Shown: positions 53,121 through 64,000 of the stretch, one piece after another | Numbering within the stretch: position 1 is the first letter of the stretch | Layout: each line of letters begins with the position of its first letter | IMG/VR virus record: IMGVR_UViG_3300026518_000006 | Span: 171,594-235,593 of that record | Strand: one strand, 5' to 3' | Length of the DNA stretch: 64,000 nucleotides | Made by a program: the position numbers and the translations under genes | The notes under the pieces: model-generated | What the model was told of the DNA's origin: nothing | Databases searched by the model: none | Seen by the model: the letters and a program-made list of their open reading frames with translations, nothing else

Positions 53121-53360
53121 TAGGTATATTAAAAGGGAAAAGGGTTGAAAATGAAAATTGAAATTAAAGAGCTCGTTCTTAATGACAAAAGAGTAAAACT
53201 CCAAAAAAGAGGAGTTTTTATAAATGATTCTCAGGTCGCAGTAGTAACAACAAATAAAAATATGAGCACAACGATTAAAACGGATAACCGAACAATCGAA
53301 GCTATGTGGTTGATGAGTGAGCCCCAAATCATCTGTGAGGTACTTGACCTCATTAGATGA

Positions 53361-53936
53361 TTAGTCTACTAAGATAAACTCATTAAATTCAGAAAGCTCA
53401 GTCGCCATTTCTTCAGTAATACCAAGTGATTTTAAGGCTTCTACAACCATTTTTGGGTTTTTATCATAGTCTTTGTTTGTAGAAAAGGCATCCCAGCCTT
53501 TTCTTCTATCTTTCTTAATAAAGGTGATTATTTTTATAGTTCTAAATCTTTGGTCATAATTTATAGCTAATAAATCATACTTTCCCTTTTTATTTCTAAA
53601 CGCCACCATTGTTTTTCCAGGCTTAAAGTTCGGCTTTTTTATAATCTTTTTGATTACTTTTGTAATATATTCGTTATCCATATAATAATCTCTCTGATGA
53701 CTTTGACCATCTCTTACTTCTTTCATATGTCTTGATTTTACAACCAAAATACCATCTATATTTGCAACAAAAAGGTCATCTTCACCTGTATCAATTTCTT
53801 TTGCGTGCGCTGTAGCCTTGTGCATTTCACGGTCATCTTTGCCTTGGTCTCTTGCTCTTTTGACAATTCTAATGCCTCTAATTGCTTCGAATAATGGTGC
53901 AAACTCATTATAAATGATTTCCTTTTTAAAATCCAT
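53361..53936 (-). CDS. Late hypothetical protein (possible head-internal protein)
   Basis: TATAAATA on the minus strand at 53962-53969; N-terminal LFE motif. Confidence 0.4.
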   Translation of the reverse strand: MDFKKEIIYNEFAPLFEAIRGIRIVKRARDQGKDDREMHKATAHAKEIDTGEDDLFVANIDGILVVKSRHMKEVRDGQSHQRDYYMDNEYITKVIKKIIKKPNFKPGKTMVAFRNKKGKYDLLAINYDQRFRTIKIITFIKKDRRKGWDAFSTNKDYDKNPKMVVEALKSLGITEEMATELSEFNEFILVD

Positions 53937-56900
53937 TTCAATTCCTTAATTTTTATTAATCTATTTATAAGCGGGAATAGACTATAATTGTTTATAAAAT
54001 ATTTAAAAGAGGTTTATAAATGGTGTATGATAAAATATATAATGACTATATAGGTGTTGATTTCGTAAAGAAAATTATTGGTGAAGAGGTAGATATTGAG
54101 CTACTTACTCCAAAACAATTGAAAGCCATTTATAAAACGACAATAAAGATATTGCAAAACTATGATAAAACAAAAGAATACCTTGAACCTGAAGCTACAA
54201 AATTTGAAGTTGAAGCCCTCAATAGATTTATAGAGGAAAATTGGAGTGAAGCACTTATTTAAAAGGATAACAATATGTGGTTGGAAGAAATAAGAAAAAT
54301 ACCGCTTAAATCAACAGATAAAACTTTCGTTATATATGACATAAAAACAGGATATGCAGTTCCTATTTTAGAAGAGGTTAAAGATATAAAAACTCAATAT
54401 AAAGAGATTTTAAAATTCTTGAAATTTCCTGTTGTGTCTCCTGATGCTGATTCTGAGAATATAACGAAACTAAAAGAAGACGCAAAAGAAATAAAAGAGT
54501 TGATAGAGCGGTATTATGCTGAACATTTAATATAAGGATGACAAGATGAATACAGGAAAATCTTTTTGTGTAGTGTGTGAACGATTGGTTAATAGTGTCG
54601 AAACTGAATGTACAAGATGTAAAAATCCTACTGTTTATATTGGACAAATACCACGATTTCCGAAACACCCCAAAAAATCGGATTATGAATTTATGGCTAA
54701 TGCTGTGATGAGAGCTTTAAAATACAACAGAAAACGCTATAATAAAACAAATGATGGCTTTTTAGATAAAATTAACAACTTTTTATCGAAATATTCTTCT
54801 ATTTATGACAAAAAAGTAATTGACTCTATAATAAATCCTGAAGAGAAGGAGCCACAGGTGTCTCTTTGTGATTTCGACTCAACACACTTTGACAAAGAAA
54901 GTCCTGATGTGTTCTACATTTTTAAATTTCTTGATAGGTATGCTGTTAAGGAGATAAATATAAACAAAACCTATTACACTTCTAATATTTCTATTATAAC
55001 AAAGCTTATTGATGCAACAACACTAACTGGATTATTCACGATTAAAGAGAGTGAATTACAAAATATCGAATGGTTTAAAACCACAAAGACGAACTATCTA
55101 TCTAAAACAAAACGAATGAGTAACACTGTTGTTTTGGGTTCATTTATGAACAGAGAAGGTGATGATGTATTGAATGTCTATTTTGAAGATAAATTGTTGT
55201 CTAAAATTTTGGCTTCTGAAATGAAATTATTTGTGTTAAAATACCAAAACTTTTTTAACACAGAAATAGTTAGGCAAGCTTTGGAGGCTCCTGATTATCA
55301 TACGATAAGTAGACACTTCCCCGAAATAATGGTATAAAGGATTTTTTATGGAACTCATACACATTTTTGGTATATTAACAACAACATTTTTGAACTATAA
55401 TGGATTTTTTAAAACAGTAATAATTTTAGTGTTGTTGTTTATGGCTCTTTGGGCTAATGATGAAGAAGTTGGTGGCGAAATAGTGGGGTATATTGGCATA
55501 TGGGCGGGGGTAGGTGCTATATTATATTCTCAAATTAGTATTGAAGAAGCGGTTATGGGTTTCTTACAATATTTTATTTTGGGGTTTGTTTGGAGTGTAT
55601 TTATGTATTCAAGGGTTGTAAAACACTTAGTTATAAAAGACAAATTAAGCAAATATGAAAAAGTAAAATCGCTTGATTACTACACTAAACAGATTACAGT
55701 GGATAGAATTATAGTTTGGATATTGATGTTTCCATTGTCGATTTTAAATTTTCTGTTTGAAAGAAGTTTGAGCGGTCTTGTAGCCACATTAAAAAAGACT
55801 AAAAATATATACAAATATTGGGCAAAACATTACTACGAAAAAATAGGAAAATCGAAACCAAATTATAAAGATTAAGCTCTTACTAATATTTTCAATGCTA
55901 TAATTTAACATAAAGACAGAAAGGATTGAAAAATGGAAAATCGAGAATACAACAAAAAATATAGCCGTGCATTGATTGCCATCACCAATATCAAAACCGC
56001 TATGATGAATGCCAAGATAGATATTAATTTTTTGGGTAGAAAAGACATCGATGGAAGTATGTACTCCAAAACAAAACTTCAAGAAGATTTTGAAAAAATT
56101 GAGCAGGCTTTTGAAAAAGAGTACAAATATCTTCTTGAACTAACAAAAGAACTTCAAAACAACACAAAATGCACTAAGGATTGAAAATGAAAATTGAAAC
56201 AGAGCTTAAAGACCTTTACAAAAACAACATAAAAAATAGCGTTTTAATCGCTATGTATATAGTGATGGTTGTGGGCTCCTTTTTTGGAGATGTAGAAATA
56301 CCAAAAACAAATGCAGGTGTTATCTACATAACCACGATGTTTATAGCATTTATGTTGTCAGGTATGTATATAGCGGGAGTTATTGTAGATTTTATTAAAG
56401 TGAGAGAATGGAATAAAGATGTTGCTGATGCCATTAATGGGAAAGAAAATCTTTTAAAACAAGTGTTTGATTTTCATAAAAATATTAAGGCAACTAAAAA
56501 GAAGTACTCTGATTATTTTACCAACAAAAAGGACGATTAATGCCTATTAAACAAGGTGATATTTATTATATGGATATAGGCGATAAGTCTTTTATTGGTG
56601 TAGTAGAAGAGGTTGATTTAGAGGGTGATGGTGCTTCATCGGTATATGTACTTTATTCCTTGAGCACAAATGAAGAGCGATATTTTCCATATATAATCGA
56701 TAACAAAAATCTAAAAGAAAAAATATCAAATATAAAAGTAAAAAGAGTAAAAAATAGAGTGGAGTATTACAAGCCTATACTTATTAACTTATTTCCTGAA
56801 AGGTATGTGTGATGAAAGTTAACAAACCGAATAAGGTGTTGGAATTAGGTTTAGACACACTAGAAAAAGTCACTGGGTATATAGTATTTGTGGAAGATTA

Positions 56901-57424
56901 CAAAAAAAATTTTGATAGAATTGACATTCTCAACAAATACATCGATAATAAAGAGCTCTCTATTGAAGATATTAGGTGGGCTACTAATGAAATAAGAGCT
57001 ATTCTACAAAATGAATGTGTTTGTGAACAGGCAGGAGAACCCAAATACAATATGATGTACCATAAACAAAACTACAAATCTCTTTTGGAAAAGATTTGTG
57101 AAAAATACCCTCAATTTATGGTGTAAAAAATGAAACATATTCCTTTAATTGTTTGGTGTAATGATATTTACGATTTGGAAGAAGTCGAGGGGTATCTTGG
57201 AGTTTATTTTTGTGAAGATGGTTTTCATAAAGATATCCACTATCCCTGTATTTATTATTATGACGAAAGGGAAGAATATTACGATTTACTTGAAACTTCT
57301 ACTATTTCTATAAAAGAATTAAAAGAAATTTTTTACAGAAAACAAAAGGAAAATTCACTTATACCGATGAAGCCATCTGATATTATAAAAGATTTTCCTG
57401 AATATTTAGTCTAAAGGAAACAGT

Positions 57425-57758
57425 GTGAGTACTCGATATATTAAAGTTGTGAGAAAAAAGGCTACCCTGAGTTCAGATTTGTCGCAAGAAAACCAAAAGG
57501 TGTTGTATATCTGTCTTACTCGACAAACCAAAAAAGAATTGAACAAAAAATTTACGAAAAAATTTACTCCGATATGTATGAGAAAGAAGAAGAGCTCTCG
57601 AAGAAATATGAGCCAAAAGAGCAGGAAATCGAGAAAAAATATACGCTCTCCATAGGGAGTTGGATAAACTTAGAGATGAATACAACAATGAATTAGAAGA
57701 CATAATGAATAAAATCGTGTCGGAATTCAAAGAAAATAACCCACAATATTTTATTTAG
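57425..57758 (+). pseudogene. PEYFI-tag gene broken by two -1 indels in GAGAAAAAA runs
   Basis: Adding one A at about 57454 and at about 57634 gives MSTRYIKVVRKKGYPEFRF...EKKIYALHRELDK...ENNPQYFI. Confidence 0.6.
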
Positions 57759-57773
57759 TTGTATCTCTTCAAA

Positions 57774-57859
57774 AGATTTTACTTTTTTAAAAAGTAAAAT
57801 CTTTTGAAGTACCCGAAAAGTACAAAACACTTGACTTCTACTAAAGATTATTGTATAAT
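57774..57859 (+). promoter_or_regulatory. Early cassette: palindrome plus sigma70 promoter
   Basis: Palindrome 57774-57802; TTGACT at 57831, TATAAT at 57854. Confidence 0.85.
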
Positions 57860-59147
57860 TAGGTATCTTAAAAGAGAAAAGGATTGAAAAATGGAAGTAA
57901 AAGTCAAACAAATTGATTTCGGCTTCAATGGTGTTTGTGATGAACATCAAGAACTTAGAAGAGATGTCTCCTGTTATAGAGGAGAAAAGTTGGCAAAGAT
58001 TGTTCTTAAAAACAAAGACAAACTGAAAACTGTTGCTTCTTATCAGGCAGGTGGGAGACTGTCTGAATGCCTTGAGGAGGCATTTCGTTTGACGAATAGT
58101 GTTGATAGAGCTTGGTATGAAAATCCTGAGATTTCAGTTTCAGAGTATGCGAAAGGCGGATGTCGTTCAACTTCTGTTGGTGATGTAATAGAGATTGCGG
58201 GTGTTCAGTATATGGTAGATGGATATGGCTTTATCTGCCTTGATGATGTGGAGGGTGATTAAAATGGTTTCAAATTATTTAAACAAAACAGATGCTGATA
58301 TTATGTTGGATTGGTTGAAATCCTTTTATGCCGATGAGGTTATAACAACAGTATCTTTAAAAAACAAAGAACTACAAGTGACTTTTAAAGATGGTTATGC
58401 TAAAATATTTCAAGATGAAATTCAATCTGACAAAACAAGTATGAAAAATTACTATATCCATAGGTGTGGGGATAAAGTAATTATTACAAAAGGATATTAA
58501 ATGTGCGAAAAAATCAAACAATCTTGTTCAGAGTGGTCTGAACTTTTTAATGCTTAGAAAATCGGAAAACAACTCTTAAAAAAGGTATCTAAAAGACCTA
58601 CAAACTTTAAAGTACAGTTGACTCCCCACAACAAAAAAGAAGTTTTTAAAAAAATGTTAGGTATGTTTTCAGACACTGATATAAAAGTCGTTATGAATAA
58701 CTCGACAACTACCAACAAAAAGCTGACTAATAAAGGTAAATACGGATGGGCATACTTTTTCTCATCAAACTGCCAAACCTCCGATTATTTTTATGTTGGG
58801 TGGTCTTATGATTATAATAACAAAGATGTATTTGGTAAAAATTACTATGAGGAAAAATGGACATTCGAAATCTCACACCTTATAGATGGTGACTTCTATG
58901 TTGAAAAAGAATTAACCTTGGATTGTATTATGAATGGTTCCACTCCTGATGATTGGATTATCAAACCAAATACTCCTGTCTTGGAATATCAGTGGCTTTA
59001 CACAGTTCCTACAGACGATTTGTATTACCTGACGGAAGAGCGTTTTGCCACAAAAGAAGAAGCTAAAAGAAAGATGAAGTGTTATGCAGAAGGTATAAAA
59101 ATAATCAAGCGTATTAAGCGGACTGTGAAAACAAGAGAGGTAAAAGA

Positions 59148-59945
59148 ATGTTAGACCATAAAAAATTAGATGAATTCAGCGGGTTTACCAATGCTACTAT
59201 GAATTTAGAAAATCCTAAGCTGTCTTTTGAAAACTTAAAACTAAATGATTTTACTATATTGGTTGGGGAAAATTCATCAGGTAAATCTTTCGCACAAAAA
59301 ATTATTTGGGCTAATACTTTTGCGCTCAATAGCTTTATAAATGATTATATCCAAAAAACATCGTTGTTTAGCGAAACTTCCAAAGAGGAATTTTTAGAGT
59401 TTTTGTTGAGTAATACTTTTGATGACTTTGATTTTACTGGCAAAATTCGTTTCTATGCTCAAGACAAAATTCTTGATGTGCCTTATTATATTCTTGAGTA
59501 TAAACTTTCTAATGGAAAAATATCAGATTTATTTATCGACTTTCCTACTAATGTTAAATCTGCTACCAAACCAATTTATATGAGCAAACAAACAAGACAA
59601 TTTGAATTTATCACACAATACCTTAATACAAAAAGTATTATGGGAATTGGCTTAAACACAGAAGAAGAGATTAAAGAGATTTGCGAGTTGTACAAACTTT
59701 ATGATGTATTGGCGATGGAGGAATTGGTTCATAAATTCCCATTAGTCGGCAAACTTTTAAATAGCCCACTTATTCCAAAAGAAATTATGGGAGATTTTGA
59801 TGTAAAGACCATATACTATAATAAGGACAGAAAAGCTATTTGTTACACAGATAGTTCAGATAAAGAGAGAAATATAACCACATTAGGTGATGGGCACCAA
59901 GCTATGTTGATTATGCTCTTGGGTTTAGTTCCCGATGAGGTTTAA
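59148..59945 (+). CDS. AAA/ABC-type ATPase (OLD/AAA_15-like N-terminal part)
   Basis: FTILVGENSSGKS; LGDGHQ signature near the end; no Walker B before the stop. Confidence 0.6.
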   Translation: MLDHKKLDEFSGFTNATMNLENPKLSFENLKLNDFTILVGENSSGKSFAQKIIWANTFALNSFINDYIQKTSLFSETSKEEFLEFLLSNTFDDFDFTGKIRFYAQDKILDVPYYILEYKLSNGKISDLFIDFPTNVKSATKPIYMSKQTRQFEFITQYLNTKSIMGIGLNTEEEIKEICELYKLYDVLAMEELVHKFPLVGKLLNSPLIPKEIMGDFDVKTIYYNKDRKAICYTDSSDKERNITTLGDGHQAMLIMLLGLVPDEV

Positions 59946-60276
59946 TCTTTATCTTAAATTATAGTGATATAATACACTAATACAACTAATACACAAAAAG
60001 GAAAATATTATGGTGACTTATATTGGTAGTGAGAAGTATGAAATTGAGCTTGGTGATACAAAATGTATCGTGACATCTCAAAATATTGAAGAGTTTTTAT
60101 TTGACCTGAAAAGTATCGTAGAACTTGATGAAAATATCAGCTTTAATATTATAGATGATGAGGATATGAAAGATACCCTTGAAAGTGAGTACAATTTAGG
60201 GTATGAAGACGCAAAAAAACACTATAATAGAGTTAGTGATATTGTTGATGATATGTGTGGATAATACTTCTTCAAG

Positions 60277-60372
60277 AGATTTTACTTTTTTGAAAAGTAA
60301 AATCTTCAAAAGTTCTAAAAATCCTAAAAATCTCATAAAGTACTTGACTTCTTTCAAGGATTATTGTATAAT
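60277..60372 (+). promoter_or_regulatory. Early cassette: palindrome plus sigma70 promoter
   Basis: Palindrome 60277-60305; TTGACT at 60344, TATAAT at 60367. Confidence 0.85.
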
Positions 60373-60655
60373 AGGGTAAAATAACTAAAGGACTTGAAAT
60401 GAGAAGTTATACTGAAGATTTGGAATTTATTAAAAAAACCAAGACAACCCTGAAATGACTAATGAAGTTCGGAAAGCTGTGCGAAATTTAACAACTATAG
60501 ACTTGAATACCTGTTATGAGGTTCCAAAGTCTATTGTCAGGTATGTTATACAAAACCATTTTGACCAACTTTACACACTTTATGGGAATTCAAAAAAAAA
60601 AACTTGATGAAACTTTGTTAAAATTTTGTAAAAATTATATGGCTAAAGGAATAGT

Positions 60656-61993
60656 GTGAAAACAATAAAAGATATACTTGATGAACTGAACCTTGAAAAT
60701 GGTTCAAACTACAAAATGGAAGTACTGAAGAAACACAAAGACAGCAAACTTCTTCAAAGAGTGCTCAAAATGACCTATGATAAAGTCACATACACTTATG
60801 GTATTACAATGAAAAATATCACTTACACTCCTGAAAGTATGCGTGATATAAATGTGAACCTTGAAGACGCTCTTGATGTTCTTGATGAATTTTTTGTTAG
60901 TCGTGAATGGACAGGAAATAAAGCAATTCAAGCCCTTACAAATCTTTTAAGTAAACTTTCCAAAGACGATGCCGAAGTGCTTGAAAAGGTAATCAATCGT
61001 GACCTTAGAATCAATATGGGTAGAAGTAATATTAACAAAGTGTTTAAAAACCTTATTGTGAAGCCACCTTATATGAGATGTGGTTTGTACTCTGATAAAA
61101 CAGCCAAAAAAATTGACTTCACTAATGGTGCATATATTCAATTGAAAGCTGATGGTATGTTCCAAGCTGTAACAGTTGAAAATGGTAATGTAACATTTAC
61201 AGCAAGAAGTGGTGAAGAAAGAGAATTACCACATCTTGAGCAATATTTTAAAACTTTCAAAGACGGTGTTTACATTGGAGAACTTCTTGTACACGGTGTT
61301 GATAACCGTTCCATAAGCAACGGTATTATTAACTCAGATGATGAAGAAGCAAAAAAAGAAGTTTATATTCAACTTTGGGATTACATTACACTTGATGAGT
61401 ACAGTCGTCCAAAAGATAAAAAGAATAAAACTTTTTATGTAGACCGCTTTAAACAACTACTTGAAAATATTAAAGAGGTTCCTGATACTTTTATTAATAT
61501 TGTTCCAACTGCTGAAGTTTTCAATATTTCAGATGCTCTTCAAAAAGTACAAGAATGGATGGCACAAGGTTTCGAAGGTGGTATTCTTAAAGACAAAAAC
61601 AACATCTTTATTGACCACACTTCACCAACACAACTTAAACTAAAACTTGAACTTGATGCTGATGTTCGTATTACTGGATTTATCGAGGGCAAAAAAGGTA
61701 CCAAAAGAGAGCAGACATTTGGTGCGATGACATTTGAGACTGATGATGGAAAAATTAAAGGGTCTTGTTCAGGGTTTACAGATGCACAACTTGAAGATTT
61801 TAATTCAAGACGCAACGAGTTGATAGGCAAGGTTATTACAGTTGAGTTTAATGACATTACAAAGGGCAGAGATAATGAGTACTATGCTTTAAGCCACCCA
61901 CGATTTATTGAAATTAGAAATGATAAAAATGAGACAGATACACTTGAAAGAGTTCAAGAAATGAAAAATATGGCACTAGGTTTGAAGTCTTAA
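60656..61993 (+). CDS. gp30: ATP-dependent DNA ligase (T4 gp30-like)
   Basis: QLKADG adenylation motif, IGEL, EGGILK, LKLK, CSGFTD, HPRF.EIR.DK. Confidence 0.95.
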   Translation: MKTIKDILDELNLENGSNYKMEVLKKHKDSKLLQRVLKMTYDKVTYTYGITMKNITYTPESMRDINVNLEDALDVLDEFFVSREWTGNKAIQALTNLLSKLSKDDAEVLEKVINRDLRINMGRSNINKVFKNLIVKPPYMRCGLYSDKTAKKIDFTNGAYIQLKADGMFQAVTVENGNVTFTARSGEERELPHLEQYFKTFKDGVYIGELLVHGVDNRSISNGIINSDDEEAKKEVYIQLWDYITLDEYSRPKDKKNKTFYVDRFKQLLENIKEVPDTFINIVPTAEVFNISDALQKVQEWMAQGFEGGILKDKNNIFIDHTSPTQLKLKLELDADVRITGFIEGKKGTKREQTFGAMTFETDDGKIKGSCSGFTDAQLEDFNSRRNELIGKVITVEFNDITKGRDNEYYALSHPRFIEIRNDKNETDTLERVQEMKNMALGLKS

Positions 61994-62294
61994 ACCTATA
62001 TTTCAAAGGATGATTATGATAACTTTAGTAATGGAAGAAACGGAAGGTTTACAAAAGCCTATAGAGTTAAAAATTAATGATAGAGTATTCAAATACCACT
62101 ATAATAATGAAACTCCTGATGAGAGTTTTTTAAACTACTTGAAAGCTATATCAATTACAAAATAAAAGTGGAATTTAAGAGTAAAAGTGGTACTATAACT
62201 AAAGTTGGTGTTATTAGAGATGTTAAACCTACAAAACAAGGGGTTTTTGGTATTGTATTGGACGATATGTTATTGCTTGCATAAGGGGTAAATT

Positions 62295-63984
62295 TTGGTA
62301 TATTCACAAAGAGCAACTGTAAAAGATTATACTACTATTGTTAAAGATGCTGAATATGATAAGTATTATAAAGACCCGAAAGATGTCTTAATCTTAACAA
62401 AAGAAACAATAAAAAATAAGTATTTTTTAACAAAAATTGATGGTAAACTATTTGGATTCAAAGATGAGTTTGAATATGAATTATATTCAGAGGGTGTTTC
62501 AAATATCGAGTTTATTCCGCCTGATTTAATGGGCAGAAGAGTACAAGTGTTTGAAACTACAAAAGATAAAATTAGGTTAAAGAGTAAACACTACAGATTT
62601 GAATATGCCTATATAGGCTTATGGGTGGTAGAGCGTCTTTTAAAACCTGAAAAAGACCCTGAATATTTTATATAGGATTGATATGAAAAAGTTCACTAAA
62701 GATAAGTTTGTTATTGTTTTTAAATCAGATGATTACGATAATACCCTAATACTACACAATTCATATTTTGATGATATTGCAGATGATTTCATTCCTATTG
62801 AACCATCCGATAAGAACTCAAAACTATCACCATTTGCAAGTTCTCCAATAGGATATTTTAATAGTATAGAAGAGGCTAAGGCATATATTTACTCTAAGAG
62901 GTTTATGAAGTTGGAGAATTATATAAAAAGGATTATTAATAACGATGAACATCAAGGTTTATCTCCAAGATATATTAAGGCGGTAGTAGAATCTTATATA
63001 GGAGAAAGAAATAAACTCAAAGAAGTTATTAAGAAACACCAAAAAAATTTCCTGAGTACTATATATGAAAATGCTTAAAAATAACGATGTATATATCTAT
63101 CTACCAAAATTGTTAAGTAAAGAGTTTGTTGAGTTTCTTTATCGTGTAGATAAAGAAAAAGAAAAAACTGTAGTTTTATCTATACTTGCATATGGCAAGG
63201 GAAGATACCAATTTTTTGGGAATTGGACGGAAACAAATAAAGAAGATTTTTTTGAGCATTATATGAAATATGATAAAGCTGTTGAACTATACCCTGAATA
63301 TTTTGTGTGAATTAGATGTGTAAAGTAAAAAATACTAAAGAAGTTGATGTTTTTGAATTGATTAGAAATGGTGACTACAAAACACCTATCGGTAAATTTA
63401 TCTATATTATTGATGCAAACAGCCCCATAATAACAAAACATATGATTGTTGATGTTAAGCTTCCTAATGTAAAATACCACCAATACGGGGTTATTCATTA
63501 CGACTCAGGAAATGGCGCAATCCATTCTTATATAATGGGAAGAATAAATGGGTCTATAAAAAATAGGTTTCACTCTAATATAATAAAAGTAGTCAAGGCA
63601 CTTATGAATAGACACAACTTAACTAAAACACAAATCACAGATGAGTACACAAAAGCTGTACTTAAAAGTGTTGCTGAAGAAATTCCCGAATATTTTGTAT
63701 AGGATATGTTTATGGAGATATATAAAAATGACTTATTTGTATTAAAAGGTAGAAGAGGAGCCTTTTTATTGTATATTGTTGATATTAAAACCGAAAACTA
63801 TGCAAATAAAAGCAAAGTGATGTGTGAATATTATGAAATAGATTCAAATACTTACACTAAAGAGTCGAAGCCTCTATATTTAATATCACAAAGATTAAAA
63901 CATTTTATGTTTTTAGAAAATATTGAGGTTCCTGATACAGAAATTATGAATTTGAGAGATAGATATTTAGAGTATTTTATTTAA
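62295..63984 (+). CDS. Run of five small hypothetical genes; four end in PEYFI-type tags
   Basis: Ends DPEYFI (62675), YPEYFV (63310), IPEYFV (63702), YLEYFI (63984). Confidence 0.75.
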
Positions 63985-64000
63985 AGTTTAAAGATAATAT

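Noticed and set aside
57425-57758. Double frameshift at two GAGAAAAAA runs as programmed recoding
   Set aside because: Both are single-A losses in homopolymers; similar breaks near 9950 and at 60432 and 60592 point to assembly indels or decay.
1-64000. tRNA or rRNA genes
   Set aside because: No cloverleaf or T-loop GTTCGA context recognised in the short intergenic regions; a tRNAscan-SE run would confirm.

Overview
AT-rich (roughly 30% GC by eye) segment of a large lytic T4-like myovirus, probably infecting a Campylobacterota host (Sulfurovum/Sulfurimonas/Arcobacter-like; inferred from the GGDIAPVEP beta-barrel gene and the many radical SAM genes also seen in Campylobacter T4-like phages). 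Core genes: tail/whisker fibres, gp41 helicase, gp44/gp62 clamp loader, gp55 late sigma factor, gp49 endonuclease VII, ATP-dependent ligase, ThyA, dNMP kinase and GroES. TATAAATA late promoters and a repeated palindrome plus sigma70 early-promoter cassette are present. A ~21 kb island (24.6-45.8 kb) encodes nine radical SAM enzymes plus one degenerate copy, glycosyltransferases, an amidinotransferase, a split transketolase, an epimerase and a Cys-rich protein joined to a split Peptidase_S74 autocleavage domain. Three top findings. (1) One radical SAM gene has its CxxxCxxC motif interrupted by a 46-nt gap with matched CCT codons, two hairpins and a GAG 6 nt before the landing codon, the architecture of T4 gene 60 translational bypassing, next to a homing-endonuclease-like gene. 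(2) A candidate phage RiPP-like or protein-modification system is built around a (CxCNCNx)n substrate. (3) About 24 unrelated small proteins share a C-terminal PEYFI-type tag. Several homopolymer frameshifts suggest indel errors in the assembly, so single-base frameshifts are treated with caution.
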